64,000 bases of DNA from Hyphomicrobiales bacterium (GTDB lineage Bacteria > Pseudomonadota > Alphaproteobacteria > Rhizobiales > Xanthobacteraceae). Made by a program: the position numbers and the translations under genes. The stretch is taken from the NCBI GenBank assembly GCA_003140315.1, contig PLJS01000101.1, forward strand, positions 4,252 through 68,251. Direction: 5' to 3'. The notes beneath the pieces are model-generated. The model ran no database searches. It worked only from the letters and a program-made list of their open reading frames with translations, and was not told the origin of the DNA. Shown piece after piece: positions 1 through 8,953 of the stretch. The stretch's first letter is position 1. Each line of letters starts with the position of its first letter.

Positions 1-773
1 TCGCCGAGAACGTGGCCTTCGGCTTGGAGATGCGCAAGTTATCCAAGACCGAGGTCGTCGCTCGCTCGCGCGAAGCACTGCGGCTCGTCCGGCTCGAAGG
101 TTACGCCGACCGCTTGCCGCGTCAGCTCTCCGGCGGCCAGCAGCAGCGCGTCGCACTCGCGCGCGTGCTCGCGATCCGACCCGACGTGCTGCTTCTCGAC
201 GAGCCGCTCTCCAATCTGGATGCCAAGCTGCGCGAGGAAGTGCGCATCGAGATCCGCGAGTTGCAGCGCCAGCTCGGGCTGACCACCATCATGGTCACGC
301 ACGACCAGGAAGAGGCGCTGATCGTCGCGGACCGTCTCGTCGTCATGTCAGAGGGGAAAATCCGCCAGATCGGCACCCAGCGCGACCTCTACGAGCGCCC
401 CGCTGACCGGTTTGTCGCCGGCTTTGTCGGCCGCAGCACGGTCCTGCAGGGGCGCGTGATCGCGCCCGGGCAATTCGAGACCGCGGGCGGGCTTGCCCTG
501 CAATGCCGCGACGGCGCGCCCGGTAAGGCCGCGCTCGTGTTGCGTCCCGAGCGGATCGCCCTTGGCGTCGCGAACGGGATGGACAACCGGCTGTCCGGTA
601 CGGTGGAATTCGTGTCCTATCTGGGAGACGCGATCGAGCTGCATGTGCGCCTGTCGCCTGCCGACCGCGTGGTCGTACAACTGGCGAACCGCGGCGAGAC
701 TACGGTGCCGGCTGTCGGCGATGCCGTCGACATTGGCTGGCAGCGGGATGCTGGTCTGATTTTTGCTGAGTAG
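1..773 (+). CDS. ABC transporter ATP-binding protein, PotA/MalK-like, 5'-truncated by window edge
   Basis: Frame of ORF 12..773 stays open to the window start. It has the ABC signature LSGGQQQRVALARV, Walker B LLLDEPLSNLD, H-loop VTHDQEEA and a TOBE-like C-terminal tail. Walker A lies upstream of the window. Confidence 0.9.
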   Translation, partial: AENVAFGLEMRKLSKTEVVARSREALRLVRLEGYADRLPRQLSGGQQQRVALARVLAIRPDVLLLDEPLSNLDAKLREEVRIEIRELQRQLGLTTIMVTHDQEEALIVADRLVVMSEGKIRQIGTQRDLYERPADRFVAGFVGRSTVLQGRVIAPGQFETAGGLALQCRDGAPGKAALVLRPERIALGVANGMDNRLSGTVEFVSYLGDAIELHVRLSPADRVVVQLANRGETTVPAVGDAVDIGWQRDAGLIFAE

Positions 774-798
774 TGAAACCCGATCTGGAGGGACCGAC

Positions 799-1848
799 AT
801 GATCCGCAATGGAAAATTCTCGCGACGCGACGCCCTGGGCTTGGGTCTCGGCGCCTTCGCGCTGCCGGCTTTCGGACCCGGTGACGCGCGCGCCGAAGGT
901 GGCCGCGTCGTCGTCGGCACCTGGGGCGGCGACTATGCGCGGCTGCTCACCAAGAACGTCGAGGATCCGCTGCTCAAGCCGAAGGGCTACGACGTGGCGC
1001 AGGATCAGGCCGGCGATGCGCCGCGTCGTACCAAACTGGTGGCGGAGAAGCGCCTGCCGCGCGGCACGACCGACATCCAGGGCCTGTCCGCCTCCAACAT
1101 GTACGAGATGAACGAGGCGGGAGTGGTCGAGACGATCGACTATTCGAAGCTGCCGAACGCCAAGAACATCATCCCGCAAATGAAATATCCTTACGGCATC
1201 GGCCACATCTATTCCGGCAAGGTCGTCGTTTACAATCCAAAGCTCATTCCGGAGCCGCCGAAGGCGTTCAAGGATGCGTTCGATCCCAAGCACGGCAACA
1301 AGATCGGCATCATCGACATCCAGTATCAATACGTCATGGTCGCCGCCGCGCTCGCCGCCGGGGGCAAGGTCAGCGACATCGAGCCCGGCAAGGCGGTGCT
1401 GATGGAAGCCAAGAAAGCCGGTGCGCGCGTCTATCCGACCAACGAGGCCTTCGCGCAGGCGCTCAAGACCGAGGAAATCTCCATCGGCGTCATGTGGAAA
1501 GCGCGCACCGTGCAATGGCAGAACGCCGGCATCAGCGTGCAGTCGGTCGCGCCCTCCGAAGGCGTGCCGATGTACGTCTCGGGATTCGTGATCCCGAAGA
1601 ACGCACCCAACAAGGACGGCGGCTACGCTTACATGAACGCGATGCTGGAGAAGAGTGCGCAGGAGAATTTTGCGATCGACATGGGCTACAATCCGACCGT
1701 CACGAACGCCACCGTGGCGCCCGACCTGCAACAGCGCATCGGCTTCACGGCGGAAGAACAATCCCGCCTCGTTGATCTCGACTACGGCTATCTCGCCAAG
1801 AACGACTCGGCGATGAAGGAGTGGTGGGACAAGGTCTTCAAGGCTTGA
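799..1848 (+). CDS. periplasmic solute-binding protein (family 1, PotD/PotF-like) of ABC importer
   Basis: ORF 763..1848. ATG 799 is preceded by GGAGGG. The N-terminus has a twin-arginine-like signal (FSRRDALGLGLGAFALPAFG). The gene lies between the ATPase and permease genes. Confidence 0.85.
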   Translation: MIRNGKFSRRDALGLGLGAFALPAFGPGDARAEGGRVVVGTWGGDYARLLTKNVEDPLLKPKGYDVAQDQAGDAPRRTKLVAEKRLPRGTTDIQGLSASNMYEMNEAGVVETIDYSKLPNAKNIIPQMKYPYGIGHIYSGKVVVYNPKLIPEPPKAFKDAFDPKHGNKIGIIDIQYQYVMVAAALAAGGKVSDIEPGKAVLMEAKKAGARVYPTNEAFAQALKTEEISIGVMWKARTVQWQNAGISVQSVAPSEGVPMYVSGFVIPKNAPNKDGGYAYMNAMLEKSAQENFAIDMGYNPTVTNATVAPDLQQRIGFTAEEQSRLVDLDYGYLAKNDSAMKEWWDKVFKA

Positions 1849-1851
1849 ACC

Positions 1852-1900
1852 GCGCATGATCCCGAAAGGTGGAAACCGGCTTTCGGAAAAGATCATGCGC
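1852..1900. repeat. nested perfect inverted repeat (REP-like hairpin) in the SBP-permease intergenic gap
   Basis: GCGCATGATC (1852-1861) pairs with GATCATGCGC (1891-1900). Inner CCGAAAG (1862-1868) pairs with CTTTCGG (1880-1886). Confidence 0.6.
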
Positions 1901-1905
1901 AAACA

Positions 1906-2772
1906 ATGAACGCTGAACGAAGCTCTACGCTCAGCGCCGCAGGGCTCGTCGGTCCGGCGACGCTTTATGTCGGGATCGGGCTCCTGGTGCCGCTCGCGAT
2001 TCTGCTGCGCTACAGCCTGAACCAGTTCGTGCCCGGCAAGTTCATGGTCGACGCGCTGACCGTCGAGAATTACGTCAAGTTTTTCACCGACGGTTATTAC
2101 ATCGCGGTGTTGCTGCGCACGGTGCGCATCGCGCTTATCACTACCATCATCTGTTTGCTGATGGGCTTCCCGCTCGCCTATGTGCTGGCGCGCACGCGGA
2201 CACGCTACAAGACCCTTCTCATCATGCTCGTGGTGCTGCCGCTGTTCATCGGCAATGCGGTGCGCGCCGCCGGCTGGATGGTCGCCTTCGGCAACAAGGG
2301 CGTTCTCAACGCCAGCCTCATGGGGCTCGGTGTCGTGTCGGAGCCGCTGGAGATCATGTTCACGGAAGGCGCAGTGATCATCGGCATCACGGCGGTGAAC
2401 CTGCCGTTCATGGTGCTGACCTTGCAGAGCGTCATCGAGGGCATCGACCGTTCGGTCGAGGAAGCGGCGTTCAACCTCGGTGCCACGCCGCTGCGAATGG
2501 CCTATCGCGTGCTGTTCCCGCTCGCCATGCCGGGCGTGCTCGCCGGCACCATCCTCACCTTCATCCTGGCGATGAACGCCTATGCGACGCCCGTGCTGCT
2601 CGGCGGCCCGCGTTTCCAGATGATGGGGCCGCTGGTGTACGGGCAGTTCGTGCAGCAGAACAACTGGCCGTTCGGGGGCGCGATCTCATTCATCCTGATG
2701 ATCGCAACACTCGTTCTGACGCTCGCCGCCAATATGCTGGTGCAGCGGCGCTATCGCGAGGCGGCGGTTTGA
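1906..2772 (+). CDS. ABC transporter permease (PotB-like, BPD_transp_1 type)
   Basis: 288-aa ORF that is hydrophobic throughout, with about six predicted TM stretches and an EAA-like loop (EEAAFNLGATPLRMAYRVLFP). Confidence 0.9.
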   Translation: MNAERSSTLSAAGLVGPATLYVGIGLLVPLAILLRYSLNQFVPGKFMVDALTVENYVKFFTDGYYIAVLLRTVRIALITTIICLLMGFPLAYVLARTRTRYKTLLIMLVVLPLFIGNAVRAAGWMVAFGNKGVLNASLMGLGVVSEPLEIMFTEGAVIIGITAVNLPFMVLTLQSVIEGIDRSVEEAAFNLGATPLRMAYRVLFPLAMPGVLAGTILTFILAMNAYATPVLLGGPRFQMMGPLVYGQFVQQNNWPFGGAISFILMIATLVLTLAANMLVQRRYREAAV

Positions 2773-2837
2773 GCAGCGGATTTTGAAAACCTGCGCTACA
2801 ATCTGTGCCGCTGATTTCTGCAAGCAGGAAAGACACG

Positions 2838-3773
2838 ATGTTCGAGGCGGGCAGCCCACGTGGAATGATCGCGGTCGACAAGATGGGAGCGAAGGTCTTG
2901 TTCCTTGATCCGGTGACCTTCGAGACGCAGGTCGTGCTCGATGGTTTTCCGCGCACTGTGCACGAACTCCTCGTCGTGCCGGAAACCGATCTTGCCTATG
3001 TGCCGATCTACGGCGAAGGAATCCACGGCCGCAATCCAAATCCCGGCCATCTCTTGTGCGTCATCGACCTCAAGACGCGAACCCACGTGGGCGATATCGA
3101 TCTGCGGCCGCTGTCCGGTCCGCATACATTGAAACTTGGGCCGGACGGTCTGATCTACATCACCTGCGAGAACAGCGCCGTGGTGGCGGTGATCGACCGC
3201 TCCACGAACAAGGTCGTCGACGCCATCAATTCCGGCTCAACCAACGGCCACCGTCTTATCATCTCGCCCGATGGCCAGCGGCTCTACACCGAGAACGAAG
3301 AGGATGCCACGGTATCCGTGATCGACCTGCCGAAACGAAAGCTCTTGGGCAAGATAGCGACCCCGCACGCGCTAGCCGGCATCGCGATATCGGCCGACGG
3401 CAACACGGTGGTGGCGGTCGACGACGAGGAGCCGGCGCTTTTCCTGATCGATACCAAGAGCGAGCAGGTCACGCGCACTGTGCGGCTTGAAGGCGCTCCC
3501 AAGCCGGCGCAGATCGCGCGCTACAGCCCGGACAACAGCGTGATCGGCGTCACCAGCGTGCAGGGCGACACGGTCAGCCTGATCGATCCGTCGTTCCGTG
3601 AGCAGACCGCGATCAAGGTCGGACATCAGCCGATGGACATGGCGTTCCGCGGCGATGAAATGTTCGTCGCGTGCCAGGGCGATGGATCGGTCCATGTCGT
3701 CGATATTCCGGCACGGCGCGTCAAGTACCGTTTCCAAGCCGGCACGGGTTGCGAGTCGCTCGGGTTTTTTTGA
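2838..3773 (+). CDS. YVTN/YncE-like beta-propeller repeat protein, no signal peptide seen
   Basis: ORF 2805..3773. ATG 2838 follows AGGAAAG. Repeated ~40-aa units are visible (..VAVIDRSTNKVVDAI.., ..VSVIDLPKRKLLGKI.., ..LFLIDTKSEQVTRTV.., ..VSLIDPSFREQTAI.., ..VHVVDIPARRVKYRF..). Confidence 0.75.
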   Translation: MFEAGSPRGMIAVDKMGAKVLFLDPVTFETQVVLDGFPRTVHELLVVPETDLAYVPIYGEGIHGRNPNPGHLLCVIDLKTRTHVGDIDLRPLSGPHTLKLGPDGLIYITCENSAVVAVIDRSTNKVVDAINSGSTNGHRLIISPDGQRLYTENEEDATVSVIDLPKRKLLGKIATPHALAGIAISADGNTVVAVDDEEPALFLIDTKSEQVTRTVRLEGAPKPAQIARYSPDNSVIGVTSVQGDTVSLIDPSFREQTAIKVGHQPMDMAFRGDEMFVACQGDGSVHVVDIPARRVKYRFQAGTGCESLGFF

Positions 3774-3911
3774 TCTCTTCCGCCGCGGCCCTCATCGGGC
3801 GAGGCTCCATTCGCACGTCATCCCCTTCGATGGGGCTGTTCAATGCGCGGCAAGTGAGCCATCCTGAAAGCGCGCGGCCATAAATAAAGATATGCGCTGG
3901 GGAGGGAAACC

Positions 3912-5261
3912 ATGGCTCAGACAATCGAAGCCTTTGTCGGAAATGCGTTGGATGAGGCGAAGATCTCGCCGCTCCATCGGAGAGTTGTCGCGCTCATCGC
4001 GGCGGGATATTTCTTCGACGTCATCGATTTCACGGTATTCGGCTCACTCGTTCCGTTTCTTCTTCAGTCCAAGTTTGCGACGGGTGCAGAAGTCGCGGCG
4101 ATCGGCAGCGCCGCCATTTTCGGCATGTTCATCGGCACTGCGGGCCAGGGCGAGTTCAGCGACCGGTTCGGTCGAAGGTTCATCTATCAGTTCAACCTGC
4201 TCCTGTTCGGCGTTTTCACGATCCTCGGAGCGTTTGCCCCGAGCGTCACTCTGATGATCATCTGTCGCTTCATCGCCGGGATCGGTCTCGGCGCCGAGCA
4301 GCCGCTCGCCTTTGCCTATGCGGGCGAATATGCGCCCAAGCGCATTCGCGGTCGGATCCTGGCGATCGTTCATTTCATCGGCGGCGCCTGCGTGTGGCCG
4401 ATCGGAACAGCGGTCGTGCTTGGCTTCGGCAGCCTCCTCGATACGCCCGAATATGTCTGGCGAGGCGTCTGGCTGGTCATCGGCATCGGTGCGCTGATCG
4501 TCTGGGTATTTCGCTTCACGCTGCCGGAATCGCCGCGCTACCTGGCGACCCATGGCAGAGGCAAGGAAGCGCTCGACGTGCTCGAGCGCCTCGGCATTGC
4601 CGGACCGAAGGAGCCGCTGTCGACCGATGTCGCCAGCAACACCAAGAGCGATCCGTTCGCCGTGGTGTTCACCCAGTTCCCGGTTCGCGTCATCGCCGGC
4701 ATGATCTGCTTCTCGGCGTTCTTCGGTGTCGCCATCGGGCTCGGTGCCTGGCTGCCGAACATCATGAATGCCAAGGGATTCAACATCACCAAGTCGCTGC
4801 AATATACGCTCGCCATGAACTTCGCCGTACCATGCGCGAGCTTGTTCATGATGTACGCGCTCGACAAATACGGCCGCAAGATCACTTCGGTCTGCGCGTT
4901 CGTCTGCGCCGGTTTGATGGCGTTCGTGTTCGCTAATGCCGGCACCCCTACGGAACTCATCATCGCCGGCTTCGTCATGATCTTCTTCGTCCAGGTCGCC
5001 GGCAACTCGATGCAGATCTTCGCGTCCGAGGTGTTTCCCACCAATGCACGGGCATCCGGCTTCGGCTGGGCCGCGGGCGTCGGCCGGCTGGCGACGGCGT
5101 TCATCATGCCCATGATCTTGTGGGTGCAGAACGGTTGGGGTCTGACAACAGTGTTCGTCTGCCTTGCCACCTTCCTGTTGGTCGCCGCCGCCTCGGTCAC
5201 CCAGCTTGGCCCGGAATCGCGTCAGAAGGGTCTCGACGAGGTCGCGGCGCCGACCGGGTAG
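3912..5261 (+). CDS. MFS transporter (metabolite/sugar:H+ symporter type)
   Basis: 449-aa ORF with RBS GGGAGGG upstream. About 12 hydrophobic segments, an MFS loop motif (SDRFGRR) and a second-half motif (DKYGRK). Confidence 0.9.
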   Translation: MAQTIEAFVGNALDEAKISPLHRRVVALIAAGYFFDVIDFTVFGSLVPFLLQSKFATGAEVAAIGSAAIFGMFIGTAGQGEFSDRFGRRFIYQFNLLLFGVFTILGAFAPSVTLMIICRFIAGIGLGAEQPLAFAYAGEYAPKRIRGRILAIVHFIGGACVWPIGTAVVLGFGSLLDTPEYVWRGVWLVIGIGALIVWVFRFTLPESPRYLATHGRGKEALDVLERLGIAGPKEPLSTDVASNTKSDPFAVVFTQFPVRVIAGMICFSAFFGVAIGLGAWLPNIMNAKGFNITKSLQYTLAMNFAVPCASLFMMYALDKYGRKITSVCAFVCAGLMAFVFANAGTPTELIIAGFVMIFFVQVAGNSMQIFASEVFPTNARASGFGWAAGVGRLATAFIMPMILWVQNGWGLTTVFVCLATFLLVAAASVTQLGPESRQKGLDEVAAPTG

Positions 5262-5281
5262 CGACGATAGTTAACGAAACC

Positions 5282-5313
5282 CGAGGCCCGGCATCGCGAG
5301 ATTCCGGGCCTCG
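5282..5313 (+). terminator. stem-loop downstream of the MFS gene (possible intrinsic terminator)
   Basis: A 10-bp perfect stem, CGAGGCCCGG (5282-5291) with CCGGGCCTCG (5304-5313), and a 12-nt loop. It is followed by TTCATTG, which is only a weak U-tract. Confidence 0.4.
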
Positions 5314-5366
5314 TTCATTGATATGATGGAGGCACGCATCCTCCATACAGATGTGAGAACCATCCC

Positions 5367-6596
5367 GTGGCGCCGTCGTCGAAAAACATCCGCTTCCTTT
5401 CGCGCAGCGATCAGGGCGGCCGGCCCGACGGCACCCAGATCATGGTGCACAAGGGCCACGCCTATATCGGTCATACGTTCAGCGATGGCGTCAGCGTCCT
5501 CGACGTGCGCGATCCGCTCAATCCAAAGCCGGTGACGTTCATCGCGGCGCCCGCCAACACGCGCTGTCATCACCTCCAGGTGCATGACGACCTTCTGTTT
5601 GTCGTAAACGGCGCCAACGTCTGGGCGATGCAGCAGTACGCCAAGGCTCAGGATTATTTCGGCAAGCCGCTGGCCGACTCGTTCAGTACCCGCTCATCGC
5701 AACAATTCGCCGCGGGCCTGCGCATCTTCGACATCGCGGACCCCGCGTCCCCGCGCGAGATCGCGTTCCTGCCGGTCGAAGGCATCGGCCTGCATCGCAT
5801 CTGGTATGTCGGTGGACGCTACGCCTATGTGTCGGCGCATTTCGAGGGCTTCACCGATCACATCATGGCGGTGATCGACGTGGCGGACCCAACCCGCCCG
5901 GCGCTTGCCGGCCGCTGGTGGCTGCCCGGGATGAACCGCGCGGGCGGCGAGCAGCCTGCGTGGCCGCAAGGCAGGCGCTGGGCGTTCCATCACGCGATCA
6001 TCGCCGGCAACATCGCCTATGGCGCCTGGCGCGATGGCGGTCTCACGGTGCTCGATATCGGCGATCCCACGACGCCAAAGCTGATCGGCCAGCGCAATTG
6101 GTGCCCGCCGTTCGCCGGCGGCACGCACACGCCGCTGCCGCTGCCCGGTCGCAATCTGCTGATCGTCGCCGACGAGGCGACCGCGACCAACTGTGCCAAC
6201 GGGATCGCCTACACCTGGGTGCTCGACGTGCGCGACCCGACGAATCCAGTAACTATCGCCACCTTGCCGACGCCCACGGAAGAAGACTTCTGCGCCAAGG
6301 GCGGCAAGTTCGGCCCGCACAATTTGCATGAGAACCGGCCCGGCTCGCTGCAAAGCTCGGACTTGATTTTCGCGACCTATCACAATGCCGGCCTGCGCGT
6401 GTTCGATATCGCGAACGCTTTTGCGCCGCGCGAGGTTGGGTATTTCGTTCCGCCCGCGCCTGAGCGGCTGATGGATACGCGGCCGGGCGCCGCGCAAGTG
6501 ATCCAGACCTGTGACGTGTTCGTCGACCCGCAGGGGGTGATGTATCTCACCGACACCAACGCGGGGCTCTATATCCTGCAATACGAAGGCAACTGA
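5367..6596 (+). CDS. LVIVD-repeat beta-propeller protein, function unknown
   Basis: 409-aa ORF with a GTG start. Repeated hydrophobic-D units are followed by DP..P (VSVLDVRDPLNPKPV, LRIFDIADPASPREI, MAVIDVADPTRPALA, LTVLDIGDPTTPKLI, TWVLDVRDPTNPVTI, LRVFDIANAFAPREV). No signal peptide is apparent. Confidence 0.7.
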   Translation: MAPSSKNIRFLSRSDQGGRPDGTQIMVHKGHAYIGHTFSDGVSVLDVRDPLNPKPVTFIAAPANTRCHHLQVHDDLLFVVNGANVWAMQQYAKAQDYFGKPLADSFSTRSSQQFAAGLRIFDIADPASPREIAFLPVEGIGLHRIWYVGGRYAYVSAHFEGFTDHIMAVIDVADPTRPALAGRWWLPGMNRAGGEQPAWPQGRRWAFHHAIIAGNIAYGAWRDGGLTVLDIGDPTTPKLIGQRNWCPPFAGGTHTPLPLPGRNLLIVADEATATNCANGIAYTWVLDVRDPTNPVTIATLPTPTEEDFCAKGGKFGPHNLHENRPGSLQSSDLIFATYHNAGLRVFDIANAFAPREVGYFVPPAPERLMDTRPGAAQVIQTCDVFVDPQGVMYLTDTNAGLYILQYEGN

Positions 6597-6599
6597 CGC

Positions 6600-7436
6600 A
6601 TGGACAAATTCGGCCGCCTCGCGCTGCACATGTGGACGATCGATACGACGCCGCTCGCAACCGCGCTCGACGCCGCGCGGGAGGCCGGATACGACGCCGT
6701 GGAGCTGCGGCGCATCGACTTCAAGCGCTGCTTCGAGAACGGCATGAGCAACGCGCAGGTGCTCGATCTCATCGCCAAGGCGAACATCCCGGTCGGCGTG
6801 CTCGGTGTGGAATACGGCTGGCTGTTCGCGACCGGCGAAGAGAGCAAGCGGCTCTTCGGCGTGTTCCGCGAGTCCTGCGAGAACGCTGTCGCGCTCGGCT
6901 GCCCGATGCTGATGAGCGCACCCGGACAGGTCAACGGTCCGATCAGCGATGCCATCGTGCATCTGCGCACGGCCGGCGATATCGCCGCCGAATACGGTTT
7001 GCGGCTCGCGATCGAATTCAACTCGCAGCACGACGTGCTCAACAGCTTAGGCGTCCTGCGCGAACTCATCACCGGAGCCGGCAAGGCGAATTGTGGCTAT
7101 CTGATCGACGCCTATCATTTCGCGCGCAGCGGCGCGGGCGGTCGCGGCTTCGAGAGCATTCCGGCCGAGCAGATATTCTGCTTCCAGTACAGCGACCTGC
7201 CGGCCACGCCCGTTACCGGCGTGAAGCGGCCGACCGATCGTCTCGCGCCCGGCACGGGCGTGGTGAAATGGCGCGAGGTGCTCGGCCTGCTGGCCGAGAA
7301 GAACTACACCGGCTATCTCAGCTACGAGGCGCCGAACCCGGAATTCTGGGTGCGCTCGCCCTACGAGGTCGCGCGCGAGGGTATCGAGCTGACACGCAAG
7401 CTCTTACGCGACGCCGTTCCCGGCTACGCGACGTGA
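6600..7436 (+). CDS. sugar phosphate isomerase/epimerase (xylose-isomerase-like TIM barrel)
   Basis: 278-aa ORF. Its size and sequence pattern (..GYDAVELR.., ..LAIEFN.., ..GYLIDAYH.., ..GYLSYE..) are typical of AP-endonuclease-2/xylose-isomerase-like TIM barrels. Confidence 0.75.
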   Translation: MDKFGRLALHMWTIDTTPLATALDAAREAGYDAVELRRIDFKRCFENGMSNAQVLDLIAKANIPVGVLGVEYGWLFATGEESKRLFGVFRESCENAVALGCPMLMSAPGQVNGPISDAIVHLRTAGDIAAEYGLRLAIEFNSQHDVLNSLGVLRELITGAGKANCGYLIDAYHFARSGAGGRGFESIPAEQIFCFQYSDLPATPVTGVKRPTDRLAPGTGVVKWREVLGLLAEKNYTGYLSYEAPNPEFWVRSPYEVAREGIELTRKLLRDAVPGYAT

Positions 7437-7443
7437 GGACACG

Positions 7444-8463
7444 ATGACCGAATCCGATCCGCTGTTTGCCGGGCTCAACGACCGCTCGATCACCGCGATC
7501 CCTGCGGCGGTGGAAAAGCAGCGCTACATGGCGAGCGTCGCGCCGGTCGCCGCCAAGCCCGGCCGATGGGTCGAGCAGCCGCGTCTGCCGATCCCGACCG
7601 GCGAGCACGCCGTGATCGAGTGCTCGGGCAAAATCCACGTCATCGCCGGCTATGCGCGCCACCGCGTCGACGGAAATTTCCATCAGGTGTTCGACCCGAA
7701 GACCGGCGCCTGGGACATGAAGGCGCCGTTTCCGCTGCCCTGCAATCACGTCGCCAGCGTTTCGATCGGGGGCAAGATCTACACCTTCGGCGGATTCGTC
7801 GAACAGAACCGCTGCCCGCACTCCAAATGTTTCGTCTATGACACCACGACCGACCAATGGGCGCCGATCGCCGGCCTGGCACGTCCGCGCGGCGCGATCT
7901 CAGCCATCGTGCTGGATGGAAAGATTCATCTGCTCGGCGGACGCGACGTGCGCTCGGTCGAGTGGCACGAGATTTACGATCCAGCGACCGACAAATACAC
8001 GATCCTTGGCGGTATGCGCGGCTCGACCGGCACGCAGCCATTCGTTGGCCAGCGCGACCACATGGGCGTCGCCGTGGTCGACGGGAAAATCCACGCGATC
8101 GCGGGCCGCATGGACAGTTACGATTTCAACACCGGCCTCAACGCCGTCTACGATCCAAAGTCTGACGGCTGGAGCTTCCGCGCGCCATTGCCGACGCCGC
8201 GCAGCGGGCCGTCCTGCGTCTACATCGGCGGCAGGATCGTGGTGTTCGGCGGCGAGGCGACCGGCAAGGTGTTCGGCACCAACGAAGCCTACGATCCGAA
8301 GACCGACGCCTGGGAGGCGCTCGCCCCGATGGCGATCCCGCGCCACGGACTGCATGGCGCGACCTGCGCGGTGATCGGCGACATGGTGCATGTGCCCGGC
8401 GGCGGGCCGGTGCCGGGCGGACAGGTGCAGGGCGCCTACCACGACGCATTCACGTTTGCCTGA
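7444..8463 (+). CDS. Kelch-repeat protein (galactose-oxidase-type beta-propeller), no signal peptide seen
   Basis: 339-aa ORF with Kelch-like units GKIHVIAGY, GKIYTFGGF, GKIHLLGGR, GKIHAIAGR and GRIVVFGGE, each followed by a ..YDP..D.W.. pattern. Confidence 0.8.
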   Translation: MTESDPLFAGLNDRSITAIPAAVEKQRYMASVAPVAAKPGRWVEQPRLPIPTGEHAVIECSGKIHVIAGYARHRVDGNFHQVFDPKTGAWDMKAPFPLPCNHVASVSIGGKIYTFGGFVEQNRCPHSKCFVYDTTTDQWAPIAGLARPRGAISAIVLDGKIHLLGGRDVRSVEWHEIYDPATDKYTILGGMRGSTGTQPFVGQRDHMGVAVVDGKIHAIAGRMDSYDFNTGLNAVYDPKSDGWSFRAPLPTPRSGPSCVYIGGRIVVFGGEATGKVFGTNEAYDPKTDAWEALAPMAIPRHGLHGATCAVIGDMVHVPGGGPVPGGQVQGAYHDAFTFA

Positions 8464-8470
8464 GCCGCCG

Positions 8471-8953
8471 ATGCAGCAGGTCAATCTCACGGTGAATGGG
8501 CGCGCGGTCAGCATCGCAGCCGCGCACGAGGACGTGCCGCTGCTCAATGTATTGCGCAACGACCTCGGCCTGATGGGGACGCGGTTCGGCTGCGGGCTCG
8601 AGCAGTGCGGCTCCTGCATGGTGCTGATCGATGGCGCGGCGGAGAAATCCTGCGCGCGCGGGATCGCGAGCGTCGCCGGTAAAGCGATCACAACCGTTGA
8701 GGGACTCGGTACGGCGGAGAAGCCGCATCCGTTGCAGCAGGCCTTCATCGACGAGCAGGCGGGCCAATGCGGCTATTGCCTCAGCGGGATCCTAATGTCG
8801 GCGAAGGCGCTACTCGATCACAATCCTTCGCCGTCGCGCGCCGAAATCGCGCAGGCGCTTGACGGCAATATCTGCCGCTGCGGGTCGCATAATCGAATCC
8901 TGCGCGCGGTTGCAAAAGCCGCAGCCAGCTTGCGCGAGGGAGACAGCCGATGA
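8471..8953 (+). CDS. (2Fe-2S)-binding small subunit of IorA/aldehyde-oxidoreductase type
   Basis: In-frame ATG 8471 (MQQVNLTVNG). Cluster motifs CGLEQCGSC, CGYCLSG and CRCGSH are present. The stop overlaps the next gene's start (ATGA at 8950-8953). Confidence 0.9.
   Translation: MQQVNLTVNGRAVSIAAAHEDVPLLNVLRNDLGLMGTRFGCGLEQCGSCMVLIDGAAEKSCARGIASVAGKAITTVEGLGTAEKPHPLQQAFIDEQAGQCGYCLSGILMSAKALLDHNPSPSRAEIAQALDGNICRCGSHNRILRAVAKAAASLREGDSR

Noticed and set aside
700-1902. 400-aa minus-strand ORF across the binding-protein gene
   Set aside because: It is antisense to a well-supported SBP gene, and its N-terminus is simply the translated REP-like hairpin.
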